The notes: a model not told the origin generated them from the letters alone. Shown: positions 46,024-56,172, counted from the first letter of the stretch. The stretch is DNA of 64,000 nucleotides from Candidatus Zixiibacteriota bacterium (GCA_034003725.1 JAVEYB010000001.1:154466-218465), one strand, 5' to 3'. A program made the numbers and translations.

Positions 46024-46446
46024 TTATTTCCCGGTTAACAGGGCCAGTTCACCATCGCTGATCGGCACCGCCGCCTTGACCGCATCCGTCGAGGCGCCTT
46101 TCTCCAGCATCGTGCGAGCCAGCGCGAATACTTCGCGGTGATTGCGGCGAACTCCCGCCGCGGCGACCGGCCGGCGACCGCCGGGGTTGGCCGCGTTGGT
46201 TACCGCCGGCACGGACCGCAGGTCCAGAAACTCCGCATCGGCGGCGGCCGCCGCCAGCGCACCCGAGACCGCCGGCGTAACCGGCGACTGCGCGGCGGAT
46301 GCACCCACCTCGCGCTCATGTGCGCGCGCAATACGATTGCGCCAGGCCGAGTACACTACCAGCCAGAAGGCGCCTCCCGCCAGATAGCCCAGTACGTTCA
46401 GGGCGATATCAATCAGCTGTTCCTGGTAAGCTTCCATGTCGTTCAC
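46024..46446 (-). CDS. Hypothetical membrane-anchored protein (possibly DUF2802-like)
   Basis: One TM helix (LNVLGYLAGGAFWLVVYSAW), an Ala-rich linker and a C-terminal helix-turn-helix-like tail. It lies downstream of fliA, as DUF2802 does in proteobacteria. Confidence 0.4.
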   Translation of the reverse strand: MNDMEAYQEQLIDIALNVLGYLAGGAFWLVVYSAWRNRIARAHEREVGASAAQSPVTPAVSGALAAAAADAEFLDLRSVPAVTNAANPGGRRPVAAAGVRRNHREVFALARTMLEKGASTDAVKAAVPISDGELALLTGK

Positions 46447-46460
46447 TCCTATGTGCTCGA

Positions 46461-46790
46461 TCAGGCGGTCAGGTCGATGTGCTCGCCCGATTGACTCGAC
46501 TTATCTTCCTCTTCGACGTCCTCGTCGGTTGTCTCCTGCTCGGCTCCTTGAGGCGGCACGGTCTCCGCCGACTGTCTATCCTCATCCTCGGTCGGCGGCA
46601 GGTCGGCCCGGTCGATGATGATTTCATCCTTCTGCTGCTGCCGTCGCCTCCGCTGCTCGTCGTCCATTCGCTCCTTCAATTCCTGTGCGAACTTCTGCCG
46701 ACGGTCCGGAGAGGACTGCTGGCTCGGTTTCACGCGATCGGACCGCCGGTACGGGTCGATCCGGTCGACGCCGTCAAATGAATCATCCAT
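46461..46790 (-). CDS. Hypothetical highly charged low-complexity protein
   Basis: 109-aa ORF rich in D/E/R/Q, placed 27 nt after the fliA stop. The sequence alone cannot establish coding status. Confidence 0.35.
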   Translation of the reverse strand: MDDSFDGVDRIDPYRRSDRVKPSQQSSPDRRQKFAQELKERMDDEQRRRRQQQKDEIIIDRADLPPTEDEDRQSAETVPPQGAEQETTDEDVEEEDKSSQSGEHIDLTA

Positions 46791-46817
46791 GGCATTCCTC
46801 GCCTGCCGGGTGGACGG

Positions 46818-47684
46818 CTACCCTGTCAGGGCGAACTTCTCGCGGACCATGCTCCGAAGCTTCTTGACGGCCCGGGTATGGATCTGCGAGACGCGCGATT
46901 CCGAGATCGACATGACCTCGCCGATCTCTTTCAGGGTCAGCTCTTCGTAATAGTACAGCGCGATCACGAGCTTCTCCTGTTCGGTGAGGCGGTCCATGGC
47001 GACCACCAGAAACGATCGCAGTTCGCCTTTTTCGATTTCGCCCAGAACCGAATTCCCGTTCTGGTCGGTGATGGTTTCGATCCGCGGTACCTGCCGGTTG
47101 TCGTCATCGGGATAGATGATTTCATCCAGCGACAGCATGTTGGTGCTTGATACGTCGTCGAGCGCCACGTGCAGTTCCTCCACGGTTATGTTCAGGTGGG
47201 CGGCCAGTTCGGATTTCTCCGGCGGACGGCCCAGTTCGTTTTCCAGCGACGTCATGGCGCGGTCGATCTCGCGCGACTTGGCGCGGGTCGAGCGGGGCAC
47301 CCAGTCGAGTGCGCGAAGTTCGTCCAGGATGGCGCCGCGGATTCGCGGCACCGCATAGGTCTCAAACTTCACACCGCGGGCCGGGTCAAAGTGACCGAAC
47401 GCCTCGATCAGCCCGATAACGCCCGTGTTGATCAGATCGGACAACTCCACCGACCGTGGAAAACCCATCGCCATCCGGGCAGCAACATTGCGCACCAGCG
47501 GCAGATACGTGTTCAGCAGGCGCTGGCGGGATTCATCCGTCGGGTTCTTCTGGTAACGGACCCAATCACGCGCCGAAACTTCCCACTTCTTGGCCCGGCG
47601 TGGAGTGACCGACAGATCGCTCGCGTCGACGGGTACGGTTTGTTTTGCCCGTCCTCTGGTCGTTGCCTTTGTCGTGCTAACCAT
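46818..47684 (-). CDS. fliA: Flagellar sigma factor sigma-28 (FliA/WhiG)
   Basis: Sigma-70 regions 2, 3 and 4: YLPLVRNVAARM, DLINTGVIGLIEA, YAVPRIRGAILDELR and LYYYEELTLKEIGEVMSISESRVSQIHTRAVKKLR. It follows flhF-flhG. Confidence 0.85.
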   Translation of the reverse strand: MVSTTKATTRGRAKQTVPVDASDLSVTPRRAKKWEVSARDWVRYQKNPTDESRQRLLNTYLPLVRNVAARMAMGFPRSVELSDLINTGVIGLIEAFGHFDPARGVKFETYAVPRIRGAILDELRALDWVPRSTRAKSREIDRAMTSLENELGRPPEKSELAAHLNITVEELHVALDDVSSTNMLSLDEIIYPDDDNRQVPRIETITDQNGNSVLGEIEKGELRSFLVVAMDRLTEQEKLVIALYYYEELTLKEIGEVMSISESRVSQIHTRAVKKLRSMVREKFALTG

Positions 47685-47691
47685 ATGAATG

Positions 47692-48540
47692 CTATCCCTT
47701 TGTATCGGCCGTGGCCGGGTTTTCCTTATCTTCGAATTTGACCGCATTAGATCGCCGGATTTCAGCTGCCGAAGCGCTCCCGCTCAGCATCCCGGCAATC
47801 GAGGTAAGTGTCTGACAGACAGCAGATTGTTCGTCGATCCGGAAGATCGGCACCTGCCGGGCCAGCGCGGCCCGAACCTGGTCCGCCTCCGGCAGGAATC
47901 CGAGCATCGACGGCGATTGCCCCAAAAATCGTTCAGCCAGCGCCCGAAACTTCCGGTCGATATAGTCCGCCTCTTCATCGGACTGGCAGCGATTGACCAG
48001 CAACCGGCAGTCGATCGACTTGTTCGTCTCGACGAGGTACTTGTAAAGACCGTAGGCGTCGGCAATCGAGGTTAACTCGGGGACGATCACCAGCAGGGTG
48101 AGGTCCGACGCATGAGCCATGACGGTCGCGGGCTTCGAAATACCCGAGCCGTGGTCGATGATCACATGATGGTATCCGCCGCTTTGCTCGCGGATGATTC
48201 TCACGAGGTGTGCCGTCGGCATGACCCCGAAGTCGTCGACCACCGAACCGCCCCATGACGAGGCGAGCAGGTCGATATGCTCGCTCACCGGTGTCACGGC
48301 CTCCGCGAGCGACAGCTCTCCTGCGGCAAACTGGCGCACGCCGACATCACAGCGCACGTTCGCCAGTATGTGCAGATTGCCCGACGAAAAATCTGCGTCG
48401 ACAAGGAGCACGCGATTGCCGCGGGCACCCAGGCGGTCGGCAAGATTGTAGGAAATGACCGACTTGCCCACGCCCCCTTTGCCGGACAACACCGAGATCA
48501 CGCGGCTGCCGGCTGTCTGGACCAGTGTCAGCCTATTCAT
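47692..48540 (-). CDS. flhG: MinD/ParA-type ATPase FlhG (FleN/YlxH)
   Basis: Deviant Walker A SGKGGVGKS. Position between flhF and fliA. Confidence 0.85.
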   Translation of the reverse strand: MNRLTLVQTAGSRVISVLSGKGGVGKSVISYNLADRLGARGNRVLLVDADFSSGNLHILANVRCDVGVRQFAAGELSLAEAVTPVSEHIDLLASSWGGSVVDDFGVMPTAHLVRIIREQSGGYHHVIIDHGSGISKPATVMAHASDLTLLVIVPELTSIADAYGLYKYLVETNKSIDCRLLVNRCQSDEEADYIDRKFRALAERFLGQSPSMLGFLPEADQVRAALARQVPIFRIDEQSAVCQTLTSIAGMLSGSASAAEIRRSNAVKFEDKENPATADTKG

Positions 48541-49720
48541 TGGTCGCCTCCTCCGAAATCAGCGTGGCGGCAATGCGGGCGGGATCGGGTGCGTGGATCG
48601 TACCGACGCCCGCCGGTGACTCAGCGACCCAGGCGAGCCGGGCGCCGGAAGCTTCGCAAGCGGCGACAATCGCCCCCCGCCGCGTGGTGACGTCGAGCAT
48701 GCTCAACGCGATATGGGTCGGCTGTATCGTGCGAAGCCGTTCGGCGATATCGACAATGTCGCTGGAACGCATGAGGCTCGAGAAAACGCAGATTCGGTGC
48801 GTGGCGTTTACCCCGGAAACCCGCCCGGCGAACTCAGCGAACTTCGAACCGTCGACCGGAAGCCCCGGCGTGTCGATCAGCGTGACGCAGTCGGCGTACC
48901 GGGACAGCTTTTCGTTAGTGCCGGTCGGGTCGGTGAGTTCGACGCCGAGAATGGCGGCATAACTGAGAATCTCGTCGTGCGCGCCGATCTTGACGTCGTC
49001 AAGCGATACCAGACGGACCTTCTTCTTTTCGGTTCCGACAAGATGCGCGGCCAGTTTGCCCACCAGCGCCGTCTTGCCCGCACCGGCCGGTCCACAGACG
49101 ACAACCGTGTCGCCGGGCGTGAGCGTCACCGATGGTTCCATCATCTCGGCAAGCAGCGCGGTGAGTGAGCGCCGTGCCCGCTGCACAATCGGTTCGCCCC
49201 CGTCATCGGTCATCGCGAGCGACGACAAAAACGCCGTGACAAACGTGTCAAGGACGTCCGCATCCGCCAGCATCATGTGCAGGCGAGTCAACTGCCCGTC
49301 GGCGTCGGTCGGCCGGGAGGATCCCGCCAGCGAGTCGAGCATGGCGTTGATCTGCGTCACGGTCGACTTGTTCGCCGTTTCGATCAACTGCGCCAGCCGG
49401 GCTTCCAGCTCGGCCAGCTTCGCGTCGGCCGCCGGTACTCCGTGAGTTTCTTTCGCGCTCTCGGGCGTCGTCCCGGCGGGTGCATCGGTTGACCGTGCAG
49501 ACTCGAGTGCATCCGCGAGCCGGTTCGAACGGTCAGACAGGATGCGCGACGTCTGGGCGACCGACGGCCGGTCGATGCAGGCCGTCACCTCGATCCCCGG
49601 GCGTCCCAGGTCGTCGACGACCTTGCGCGTTTTGAGCACCACGGCGTCGCCGCCCATCTGGGAGCGGACCTGCTTGAGCGCGGCCGCAGCCGATTCGGCG
49701 GTGAATGACTTAATTATCAT
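48533..49720 (-). CDS. flhF: SRP-like GTPase FlhF
   Basis: N-terminus MIIKSFTAESAAAALKQVRSQMG. G1 GPAGAGKT, G3 DTPG. Position after flhA. Confidence 0.85.
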   Translation of the reverse strand: MIIKSFTAESAAAALKQVRSQMGGDAVVLKTRKVVDDLGRPGIEVTACIDRPSVAQTSRILSDRSNRLADALESARSTDAPAGTTPESAKETHGVPAADAKLAELEARLAQLIETANKSTVTQINAMLDSLAGSSRPTDADGQLTRLHMMLADADVLDTFVTAFLSSLAMTDDGGEPIVQRARRSLTALLAEMMEPSVTLTPGDTVVVCGPAGAGKTALVGKLAAHLVGTEKKKVRLVSLDDVKIGAHDEILSYAAILGVELTDPTGTNEKLSRYADCVTLIDTPGLPVDGSKFAEFAGRVSGVNATHRICVFSSLMRSSDIVDIAERLRTIQPTHIALSMLDVTTRRGAIVAACEASGARLAWVAESPAGVGTIHAPDPARIAATLISEEATNE

Positions 49721-51794
49721 CGTTTAACCTCACCACTCCGGTGGAGACTACTTCTGCACTGGGCATCACTTCGTTGTAGGAAATGACCGCGAGGCCCGGG
49801 AAGCTGGCTTCGACCAGCCGGCGAAGGGCCAGGCGTATATTGGGAGAGCAAATACAGACCGGCGTCAATCCGGCGTTTTGCATCCGTTCGACCTGCGCGC
49901 CGATCCTCGCGAGCAACAGCTCGGTCAGCGACGGGTCCATGACCAGCATCAAACCCTGTTTCGTATTCTGGACCGACTCCGACAGCTGATGCTCGATTGC
50001 CGGATCCATCGTGAAGACGTTGATCCGTCCGGCGCCGTCCTTGTACAGCTCGCTGATCTGTCGCTTGAGCGACATGCGGACGTACTCGGCGAGCACGTCG
50101 GTTTCCTTCGTGACCGGCGCATAATCGGACATCGTCTCGACGATCGTCGCGAGGTCGCGCACGGGAATTCGCTCGCCGAGCAGCGACTGCAGCACCTTCT
50201 GGAGCATGCCGAGCGAAACGTGCTCGGGGATGACGGATTCGACGAGAGCCGGGTAATCTTCCTTGAGGGTGTCGATCAAATGCTGCACGTCCTGACGCGT
50301 GAGAATCTCCGACGCGGCGCCCCGGATGGTCTCCGTTAGATGCGTAGCCAGCACGGCCGACGGCTCCACGACCGTATAGCCCTGAGCCTCGGCGACCTCT
50401 TTCAGGGTCGGGATGATCCAGCTGGCATTCAGGGCGTAGGCCGGGTCTTTGGTCTCGAATCCGTCGAGCTTCTCTTCGACGAAGCCCGGATTGATCGCCA
50501 GCAGATGGTCGATCATCAGTTCGTACGACGCGACCGCGATACCTTTGATCTTGATCAGGTACTGATTCGGTTTCAGCTGCACGTTGTCGCGGATGCGTAC
50601 CGGCGGCACCACGATCCCCAGTTCGGCCGCCAGTTGCTTGCGGATCGTACCGACCCGGTCGAGCAAATCGCCGCCCTGGTTGGCGTCGACCATCGGGATC
50701 AATCCGTAGCCGATCTCGAGGCCGATGGTATCGACTTTCAGCAGGTCTTCGGTGCGCTCTTTCGGCGGCGGCTGCTGCTGTTGCTTCGCGCGCGCCTCCT
50801 GCTCGCCGGCAAGCGCCTGCTGCTTCGCGGCCTTGCGCGTGAGCATCCCGATCCCGCTCACCGCCGCGCCGATCGCCACAAAAGTCATCGTGGGAAGTCC
50901 CGGCACGATCCCGAACAGGATCAGCACGAGACCGGTGATCAGTATCGCCCGGGGCTGACGCGAAAGCTGGCGGGTCAGGTCGGTGCCCATGTTGGAGTCC
51001 GACGCAGCGCGAGTCACGATAATGCCCGATGCCGTGGACACCAGCAGCGCGGGAATCTGGGTGACCAGGCCGTCGCCGATCGACAGCAGCGAGTACGTGC
51101 GAAGCGCCTCGGCGAGCGGCATGCCGTTGAGAGCGATACCGATAATGAAACCGCCGATGACGTTGATAAGCGTGATGAGAATGCCGGCGATGGCGTCACC
51201 GCGAACGAATTTCGACGCGCCGTCCATGGCGCCGTAGAAGTCGGCCTCGCGGGCGATCTCCGCGCGACGCTCCCGGGCTTCCTGGTCGTTGATAATGCCC
51301 GCGTTCAAGTCGGCGTCGATCGCCATCTGCTTGCCGGGCATGGCATCGAGAGTGAATCGTGCCGCGACTTCCGATATCCGCCCGGCGCCCTTGGTGATGA
51401 CGACGAACTGAATAATGACGAGGATGACGAAGACGATAAATCCGACGACGTAGTTGCCCTGCACGACAAAATTGCCGAACGAGTTGATCACCTCGCCGGC
51501 GTACCCCTGCCCAAGGATCAGGCGTGTCGACGCCACGTTGAGCGACAGTCGCATCAGCGTGACGATCAGCAGCATGCCGGGAAACACGGACAGATCCAGC
51601 GGCTTGGTGATGTACAGCGTGGTCAGGAGCACCACCAGCGAGAAAGTGATATTGAACGCGAGAGCGAAGTCCAGCATCGCCGCCGGCAGCGGAATCACCA
51701 GCACCACGATGATGCCGATGACGCCGAAAGCGAGCACGATATCGGACCGCGTCATGATGCGCGACAGCAGGGTATCCTGGGCGGCGACAGCCAT
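49710..51794 (-). CDS. flhA: Flagellar export apparatus protein FlhA
   Basis: 694 aa. FHIPEP-type TM region and cytoplasmic domain, with unmistakable family motifs (VFPGMLLIVTLMRLSLNVASTRLIL, ARFTLDAMPGKQMAIDADL). Confidence 0.95.
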   Translation of the reverse strand: MAVAAQDTLLSRIMTRSDIVLAFGVIGIIVVLVIPLPAAMLDFALAFNITFSLVVLLTTLYITKPLDLSVFPGMLLIVTLMRLSLNVASTRLILGQGYAGEVINSFGNFVVQGNYVVGFIVFVILVIIQFVVITKGAGRISEVAARFTLDAMPGKQMAIDADLNAGIINDQEARERRAEIAREADFYGAMDGASKFVRGDAIAGILITLINVIGGFIIGIALNGMPLAEALRTYSLLSIGDGLVTQIPALLVSTASGIIVTRAASDSNMGTDLTRQLSRQPRAILITGLVLILFGIVPGLPTMTFVAIGAAVSGIGMLTRKAAKQQALAGEQEARAKQQQQPPPKERTEDLLKVDTIGLEIGYGLIPMVDANQGGDLLDRVGTIRKQLAAELGIVVPPVRIRDNVQLKPNQYLIKIKGIAVASYELMIDHLLAINPGFVEEKLDGFETKDPAYALNASWIIPTLKEVAEAQGYTVVEPSAVLATHLTETIRGAASEILTRQDVQHLIDTLKEDYPALVESVIPEHVSLGMLQKVLQSLLGERIPVRDLATIVETMSDYAPVTKETDVLAEYVRMSLKRQISELYKDGAGRINVFTMDPAIEHQLSESVQNTKQGLMLVMDPSLTELLLARIGAQVERMQNAGLTPVCICSPNIRLALRRLVEASFPGLAVISYNEVMPSAEVVSTGVVRLNDDN

Positions 51795-51797
51795 GGC

Positions 51798-52871
51798 TTA
51801 CTTCACCGCCTTTCCCTTGAGTCGGTACACGTAGGCCAGAACCTCGGCAACCGCGCGGTAGAGGTTCGCGGGGATCGCCTGCCCGATATCGCACAGCTTG
51901 AACAGGGCGCGCGCGAGCGGCTTGTCTTCGATCACCGGGATGTCGTGCGCGTATGCGATTTCCTTGATCTTCTGCGCTATCAGGCGCTCGCCCTTGGCAA
52001 TCACGATCGGAGCGCCGCCGATTGCGACGTCGTACTTCAACGCCACCGCGATGTGCGTCGGGTTGGTGATTACGACATCGGCCGTGGGGACTTCGCTCAT
52101 CATGCGATTGCGGGCCATCTCGCGCTGTATCTGGCGCACCCGCGCCTTCACCTGCGGCGAGCCCTCGGTGTCCTTCATTTCATCGCGGATGTCCTGCTTG
52201 GACATCTTGATAGACTTTTCGAATTCGTACCGCTGGTAGGCGTAGTCGAGTGCGGCCAGTACGAGCATCGCGGCGCCGATCTTCAACGCGATCACCAGCG
52301 CCATCGTCCCCATCGTCGTGGCGATCTGGGCAACCGTCATATCCGGCAGCAGGAAAAACTCGTCGAACTCCGACTTGATCGCGTAGTAGCCGATCACCCC
52401 CACGATCAGCAGCTTGACCGAATCGCGCACCAGCGTGACCAGCGAGCGCACCGCGAACAGCCGCTTGAGCCCGTTCACGATATTCAGCTTGTCGAACTTC
52501 GGCTCCAGCGCCTTGTTGGAGATGTGAAATCCTACCTGGGCGATGTTGGAGCCGAGCCCGATCACCATCATCACGACGAAGACCGGCCCGACAACCGAGA
52601 AAAACGCATACATTGAGTCGGTCCATGACTTCGTGAAGGTCGGATCCTGGGCGGCGATACCGGGTGCGTTCGCCATCGTCGTGGACATCAGCAGGCGAAG
52701 CTGCGTGGAAAGGGTCGGGCCCAGCAGAAAAATCGCGGTGCAGCCCAGCACGATTATCAGCGCCGAGTTCAGCTCCATCGACTTCGCCACCCGACCTTCT
52801 TCGCGGGCCTTCTGCCTCCGTCGCGGAGTTGCCTGTTCCGTTTTTTCCTGGAATCCCTGTTCGTCGGCCAT
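51798..52871 (-). CDS. flhB: Flagellar export switch protein FlhB
   Basis: N-terminus QEKTEQATPRRRQKAREEGRVAKS. NPTH autocleavage site (VVITNPTHIAVAL). Confidence 0.95.
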   Translation of the reverse strand: MADEQGFQEKTEQATPRRRQKAREEGRVAKSMELNSALIIVLGCTAIFLLGPTLSTQLRLLMSTTMANAPGIAAQDPTFTKSWTDSMYAFFSVVGPVFVVMMVIGLGSNIAQVGFHISNKALEPKFDKLNIVNGLKRLFAVRSLVTLVRDSVKLLIVGVIGYYAIKSEFDEFFLLPDMTVAQIATTMGTMALVIALKIGAAMLVLAALDYAYQRYEFEKSIKMSKQDIRDEMKDTEGSPQVKARVRQIQREMARNRMMSEVPTADVVITNPTHIAVALKYDVAIGGAPIVIAKGERLIAQKIKEIAYAHDIPVIEDKPLARALFKLCDIGQAIPANLYRAVAEVLAYVYRLKGKAVK

Positions 52872-52877
52872 ATGCGC

Positions 52878-53666
52878 CTACGCCTTTCCCATCGCGAGCA
52901 GGAGACGACCCAGTTCGGTATTCAGATGCGTCAGTGATTTTTCGACGATGTAGCCGAAAATCGGCAGCGACAGCGCGATGACCGCGATGCCGGCGGCCAC
53001 CTTGATCGGAAACCCGATAAAAAACACGTTCATCTGCGGCATCATTTTCGCCACCGTGCCGAGCGTGACGTCCACGAGAAACAACGTCACCATCACGGGC
53101 GCGGCGATCTTGAGCGCGATCACAAACACGTACGCGCTGTGCTTCATGATTGCTTCGCCGACTCCACCCTCAAGCGTGATCTGCCCCGGCGGCATGACCG
53201 CATAGCTGTCGCGGAACGCCTGAATGATCAGGTGGTGTCCGTTGAGCGTGAGAAAAATCAGCGTCGCAAGCATCAGCCAGAACGTGCCGATTATCGATGA
53301 CTGCGTTTCGGTGGAGGGATCGAGTACTTCGGCGAGCGCAAAACCGATCTGGTATCCGATCATCGATCCGGCCCCCTGAACCGCAAGAAAGATCAAAAGA
53401 AAAACGAACCCGATAATGGCGCCGACCATCAGCTCCAGAAACGCCAGCCCCGCCAGGACAACTACCGAATCGGTTACCGGCACGGCGGGTGTGGGGATGG
53501 TCATCATGGTGATCAGCGACAACAGAATGACCAGCCCGGCCTTGATCGGCTTGGCGATCGCCCGGTGGGAGAAAATCGGCGAGAGGATGAACAGACCGGA
53601 GGCCCGTACGAGCACGAGCAGAAACAATTCGAGCCGGGCCGTTCCGAATGCAACGAAGTCAAACAC
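52878..53666 (-). CDS. fliR: Flagellar export protein FliR
   Basis: Polytopic membrane protein with a typical FliR N-terminus (LELFLLVLVRASGLFILSPIF). GTG start with AAGGA upstream. Confidence 0.9.
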   Translation of the reverse strand: MFDFVAFGTARLELFLLVLVRASGLFILSPIFSHRAIAKPIKAGLVILLSLITMMTIPTPAVPVTDSVVVLAGLAFLELMVGAIIGFVFLLIFLAVQGAGSMIGYQIGFALAEVLDPSTETQSSIIGTFWLMLATLIFLTLNGHHLIIQAFRDSYAVMPPGQITLEGGVGEAIMKHSAYVFVIALKIAAPVMVTLFLVDVTLGTVAKMMPQMNVFFIGFPIKVAAGIAVIALSLPIFGYIVEKSLTHLNTELGRLLLAMGKA

Positions 53667-53880
53667 CTGGAAATCCTTACACCTCGGGTTAATCGCCCAA
53701 TCCCTATTTCAAACCGTGTGCCAGAGTGAAACACCGCGTGACGACCTTATAACACACTGCGAGACAATGGGATAAAAACGGGCGGTTTTTTCGGGGGAGC
53801 GAAGGAGCCGGCGGCTGTGGAAATTATTACCAGCGTTGTGGGAAATTAGTTCAGAAGGGCGCTCAAGACGCGCCCCCCGT

Positions 53881-54150
53881 TCAGCCGACTAGAGTGGGGA
53901 TAAGCTCGAACATGTGGCGCGTAAAATCCGTCAGGTAATTGATCATCCACGGCAGAAAAATCAGCAATGCTGCCGCCACCGCCAGGATCTTCGGCACGAA
54001 CGTCAGCGTCATCTCGTTGATCTGCGTCACGGCCTGAAAGATGGCGATCGCCAGACCAACCACCAGGGCGAACCCCAGCATCGGCGCCGATACCATCAAC
54101 ACCGCCATCAGCGCTTCCCGTCCGATCGTTACTACCATTTGTGGCGTCAT
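53881..54150 (-). CDS. fliQ: Flagellar export protein FliQ
   Basis: 89 aa, two TM helices, ...LVVGLAIAIFQAVTQINEMTLTFVPKI. ATG 54150 (MTPQMVV). Confidence 0.9.
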   Translation of the reverse strand: MTPQMVVTIGREALMAVLMVSAPMLGFALVVGLAIAIFQAVTQINEMTLTFVPKILAVAAALLIFLPWMINYLTDFTRHMFELIPTLVG

Positions 54151-54163
54151 CTGCACGTCTTCC

Positions 54164-54916
54164 TTACACTCTGAATGACTCGACAAGCGACTTGACTAAC
54201 AGGTACCAGCCGTCCACCAGCACGAACAACAAAAGCTTGAACGGCAGCGAGACGATAATCGGCGGCAGCATCATCATACCCATCGACATCAGCACCGATG
54301 CCACCACCATATCAATCACCAGAAACGGAATGAAAATCACGAACGCGATCTGAAATGCCGTGCGAAGTTCCGAGATCACGAATCCCGGAATGAGCACATG
54401 AAGCGGGATGTCTTCGGGCTTCTCCGGCTCCGGCAGCTGGGCGATATCCACAAACAGGGCCAAATCCTGTTCGCGCGTCTGCGCAAGCATGAAATGGCGG
54501 AACGGCCCCACGGCCTTCTCGAACGCCTCCTCCCCCTTGATCTGCTCGTCGAGATAGGGTTTGATCCCCTCGTTGTACGACTGATTGATCACCGGCGACA
54601 TCACGAAAAAGGTCACGATCAGCGCGAGGCCGACCAGCAACTGGTTGGGCGGCATCTGCTGCGTCCCGATCGCATGCCGCAGAAACGACAGCACGACCGC
54701 GATACGGATGAACGACGTGATCATGATCAGGATCGACGGCGCGAGCGCCAGTACCGTGATCAGGATGACGATTTGAAGGGTGGTGGACAACTCCGACGGA
54801 TTGGCGGATTCGCCCACTTCGATCGATATTTTCGGTATCGACTGGGCGAGCGACGATCCCGTCTGAATGCCGAGAGCGAGCCCGGCCGCGACCAGAGTGC
54901 GAAACAGTTTTTTCAT
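54164..54916 (-). CDS. fliP: Flagellar export protein FliP
   Basis: Signal peptide plus conserved LAPSILIMITSFIRIAVVLSFLRHAIGTQQMPPNQ. Confidence 0.9.
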   Translation of the reverse strand: MKKLFRTLVAAGLALGIQTGSSLAQSIPKISIEVGESANPSELSTTLQIVILITVLALAPSILIMITSFIRIAVVLSFLRHAIGTQQMPPNQLLVGLALIVTFFVMSPVINQSYNEGIKPYLDEQIKGEEAFEKAVGPFRHFMLAQTREQDLALFVDIAQLPEPEKPEDIPLHVLIPGFVISELRTAFQIAFVIFIPFLVIDMVVASVLMSMGMMMLPPIIVSLPFKLLLFVLVDGWYLLVKSLVESFRV

Positions 54917-54995
54917 ATCCTATACGTCTTGTTCGCCGCACCATCCGTGTGCGGTCACCAACCGTCGGCCTCCTGGCGACGGTTTCCGTCGGGCC

Positions 54996-55556
54996 TTACG
55001 CCCGCGCCAGCGCTTCGCGACCGCGAAGCTTCTTTACACGATCAACGGCCGAGTTCAAAAGCGAGCCGAAAGTCTCCTGACTCGGCTGCGGCTGTTCGGC
55101 CAAAATGCGCGCCGTTTCCGGCTCGCTCAACTCCGTCAGCACGGAGATCTGGTTGTCCGTCACTCCGATCAGCACCGCCCGGTCGGCCACGCGCACCAGC
55201 GATACGGTCTTCTTGGGACCCACAAACGCCGTCTCGAGTACGTCGAGCGAACGTCCGCCCGTCCGACCGTACTGCCGGCGCTTCATCTGCCGGTTCAACA
55301 GGTACAGACCACCGTAGATGCTGGCGATCACCACCACCAGCGCGGCGATCATCTTTACGAGCGCGCCGTACGGCGAAACCGGCTGTGCCGAGATGGTTGC
55401 TGCTCCGTGGTCGGCCTTCTGCTGCAACGCCGCCAGCGAACTGTTGTCAGCCGATGCGTCGCCAACCGTCAGCATCACCAGCCCCGACAACGCCACCACC
55501 AGGACCAGCGCCACGGTCGTGTACACGCGCCGATTATGTGGTTTAATCGCGACCAA
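54996..55556 (-). CDS. fliO: FliO-like flagellar protein
   Basis: Position between fliN and fliP. A TM helix IAALVVVIASIYGGLYLL followed by LDVLETAFVGPKKTVSLVRVADRAVLIGVTDNQIS, which is typical of FliO. Confidence 0.6.
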   Translation of the reverse strand: MVAIKPHNRRVYTTVALVLVVALSGLVMLTVGDASADNSSLAALQQKADHGAATISAQPVSPYGALVKMIAALVVVIASIYGGLYLLNRQMKRRQYGRTGGRSLDVLETAFVGPKKTVSLVRVADRAVLIGVTDNQISVLTELSEPETARILAEQPQPSQETFGSLLNSAVDRVKKLRGREALARA

Positions 55557-56172
55557 GGCTCTTTAACCTCTCTTCCGGCGTCATCAATTGCGTGATGCGA
55601 AGACCGAAGTTTTCGTCAACCACAACTACCTCACCGCGCGCCACCATCTTGTTGTTTACCATCAGGTCCACCGGTTCCCCGGCCAGCTTGTTCAACTCGA
55701 CGACCGACCCCGGACCAAGCGCCAGAATGTCCGCGATAGACATTTTGGTGCGACCTAGTTCAATCGACACCGGCAGATCGACATCCATCAGCAAATCGAT
55801 GTTCTGTGGTGATTTGCCGCCGGCCGGCTCCTGAAGCTGCTGGAACTCGGCTGCCGAGACGTCGGCGCTGCCGAAATCGATGTCATCGGGCGACCGCTTC
55901 GAGTCGTCCTCCGGCAAATCCTGCAGCATCGCCAGCATGGCCGCCTCGGCCTCGTCTTCCGGCACGTCGTTGCTGTTGACCACCTTGTCGAATCCGGGCG
56001 CCTCGACGTCGTCCAGCGTACCGTCGATCTCACTCAGCGCGTCGTTGATGTCCTGCGGCGGGCTCTGTGCATTGTCACCGGCGGCGCCGTCCGCCGACGC
56101 AGCTGCCCCGGGATCGCCCGCATCCGATTGCGCGGCCCCGGTTGACAGATCAAGATCCTTCTCGTCCGGCAT
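55543..56172 (-). CDS. fliN: Flagellar motor switch protein FliN with an acidic N-terminal extension
   Basis: C-terminal SpoA domain VDLPVSIELGRTKMSIADILALGPGSVVELNKLAGEPVDLMVNNKMVARGEVVVVDENFGLRI. GAGGAGAAGAG Shine-Dalgarno before ATG 56172. Confidence 0.85.
   Translation of the reverse strand: MPDEKDLDLSTGAAQSDAGDPGAAASADGAAGDNAQSPPQDINDALSEIDGTLDDVEAPGFDKVVNSNDVPEDEAEAAMLAMLQDLPEDDSKRSPDDIDFGSADVSAAEFQQLQEPAGGKSPQNIDLLMDVDLPVSIELGRTKMSIADILALGPGSVVELNKLAGEPVDLMVNNKMVARGEVVVVDENFGLRITQLMTPEERLKSLGRD

Noticed and set aside
50340-52616. 758-aa plus-strand ORF, together with similar very long ORFs: 369-1319 minus, 9159-10484 plus, 11857-13617 plus, 28934-30841 minus, 38376-39800 plus, 54398-55546 plus, 55880-56959 plus.
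   Set aside because: All lie antisense to genes with unmistakable family motifs (FlhA/FlhB, PP2C, porin, ABC transporter, adhesin, FapA, FliP/FliO, FliM). Their translations are Arg/His/Asp/Gly-rich low-complexity sequence. These are classic shadow ORFs of GC-rich DNA.
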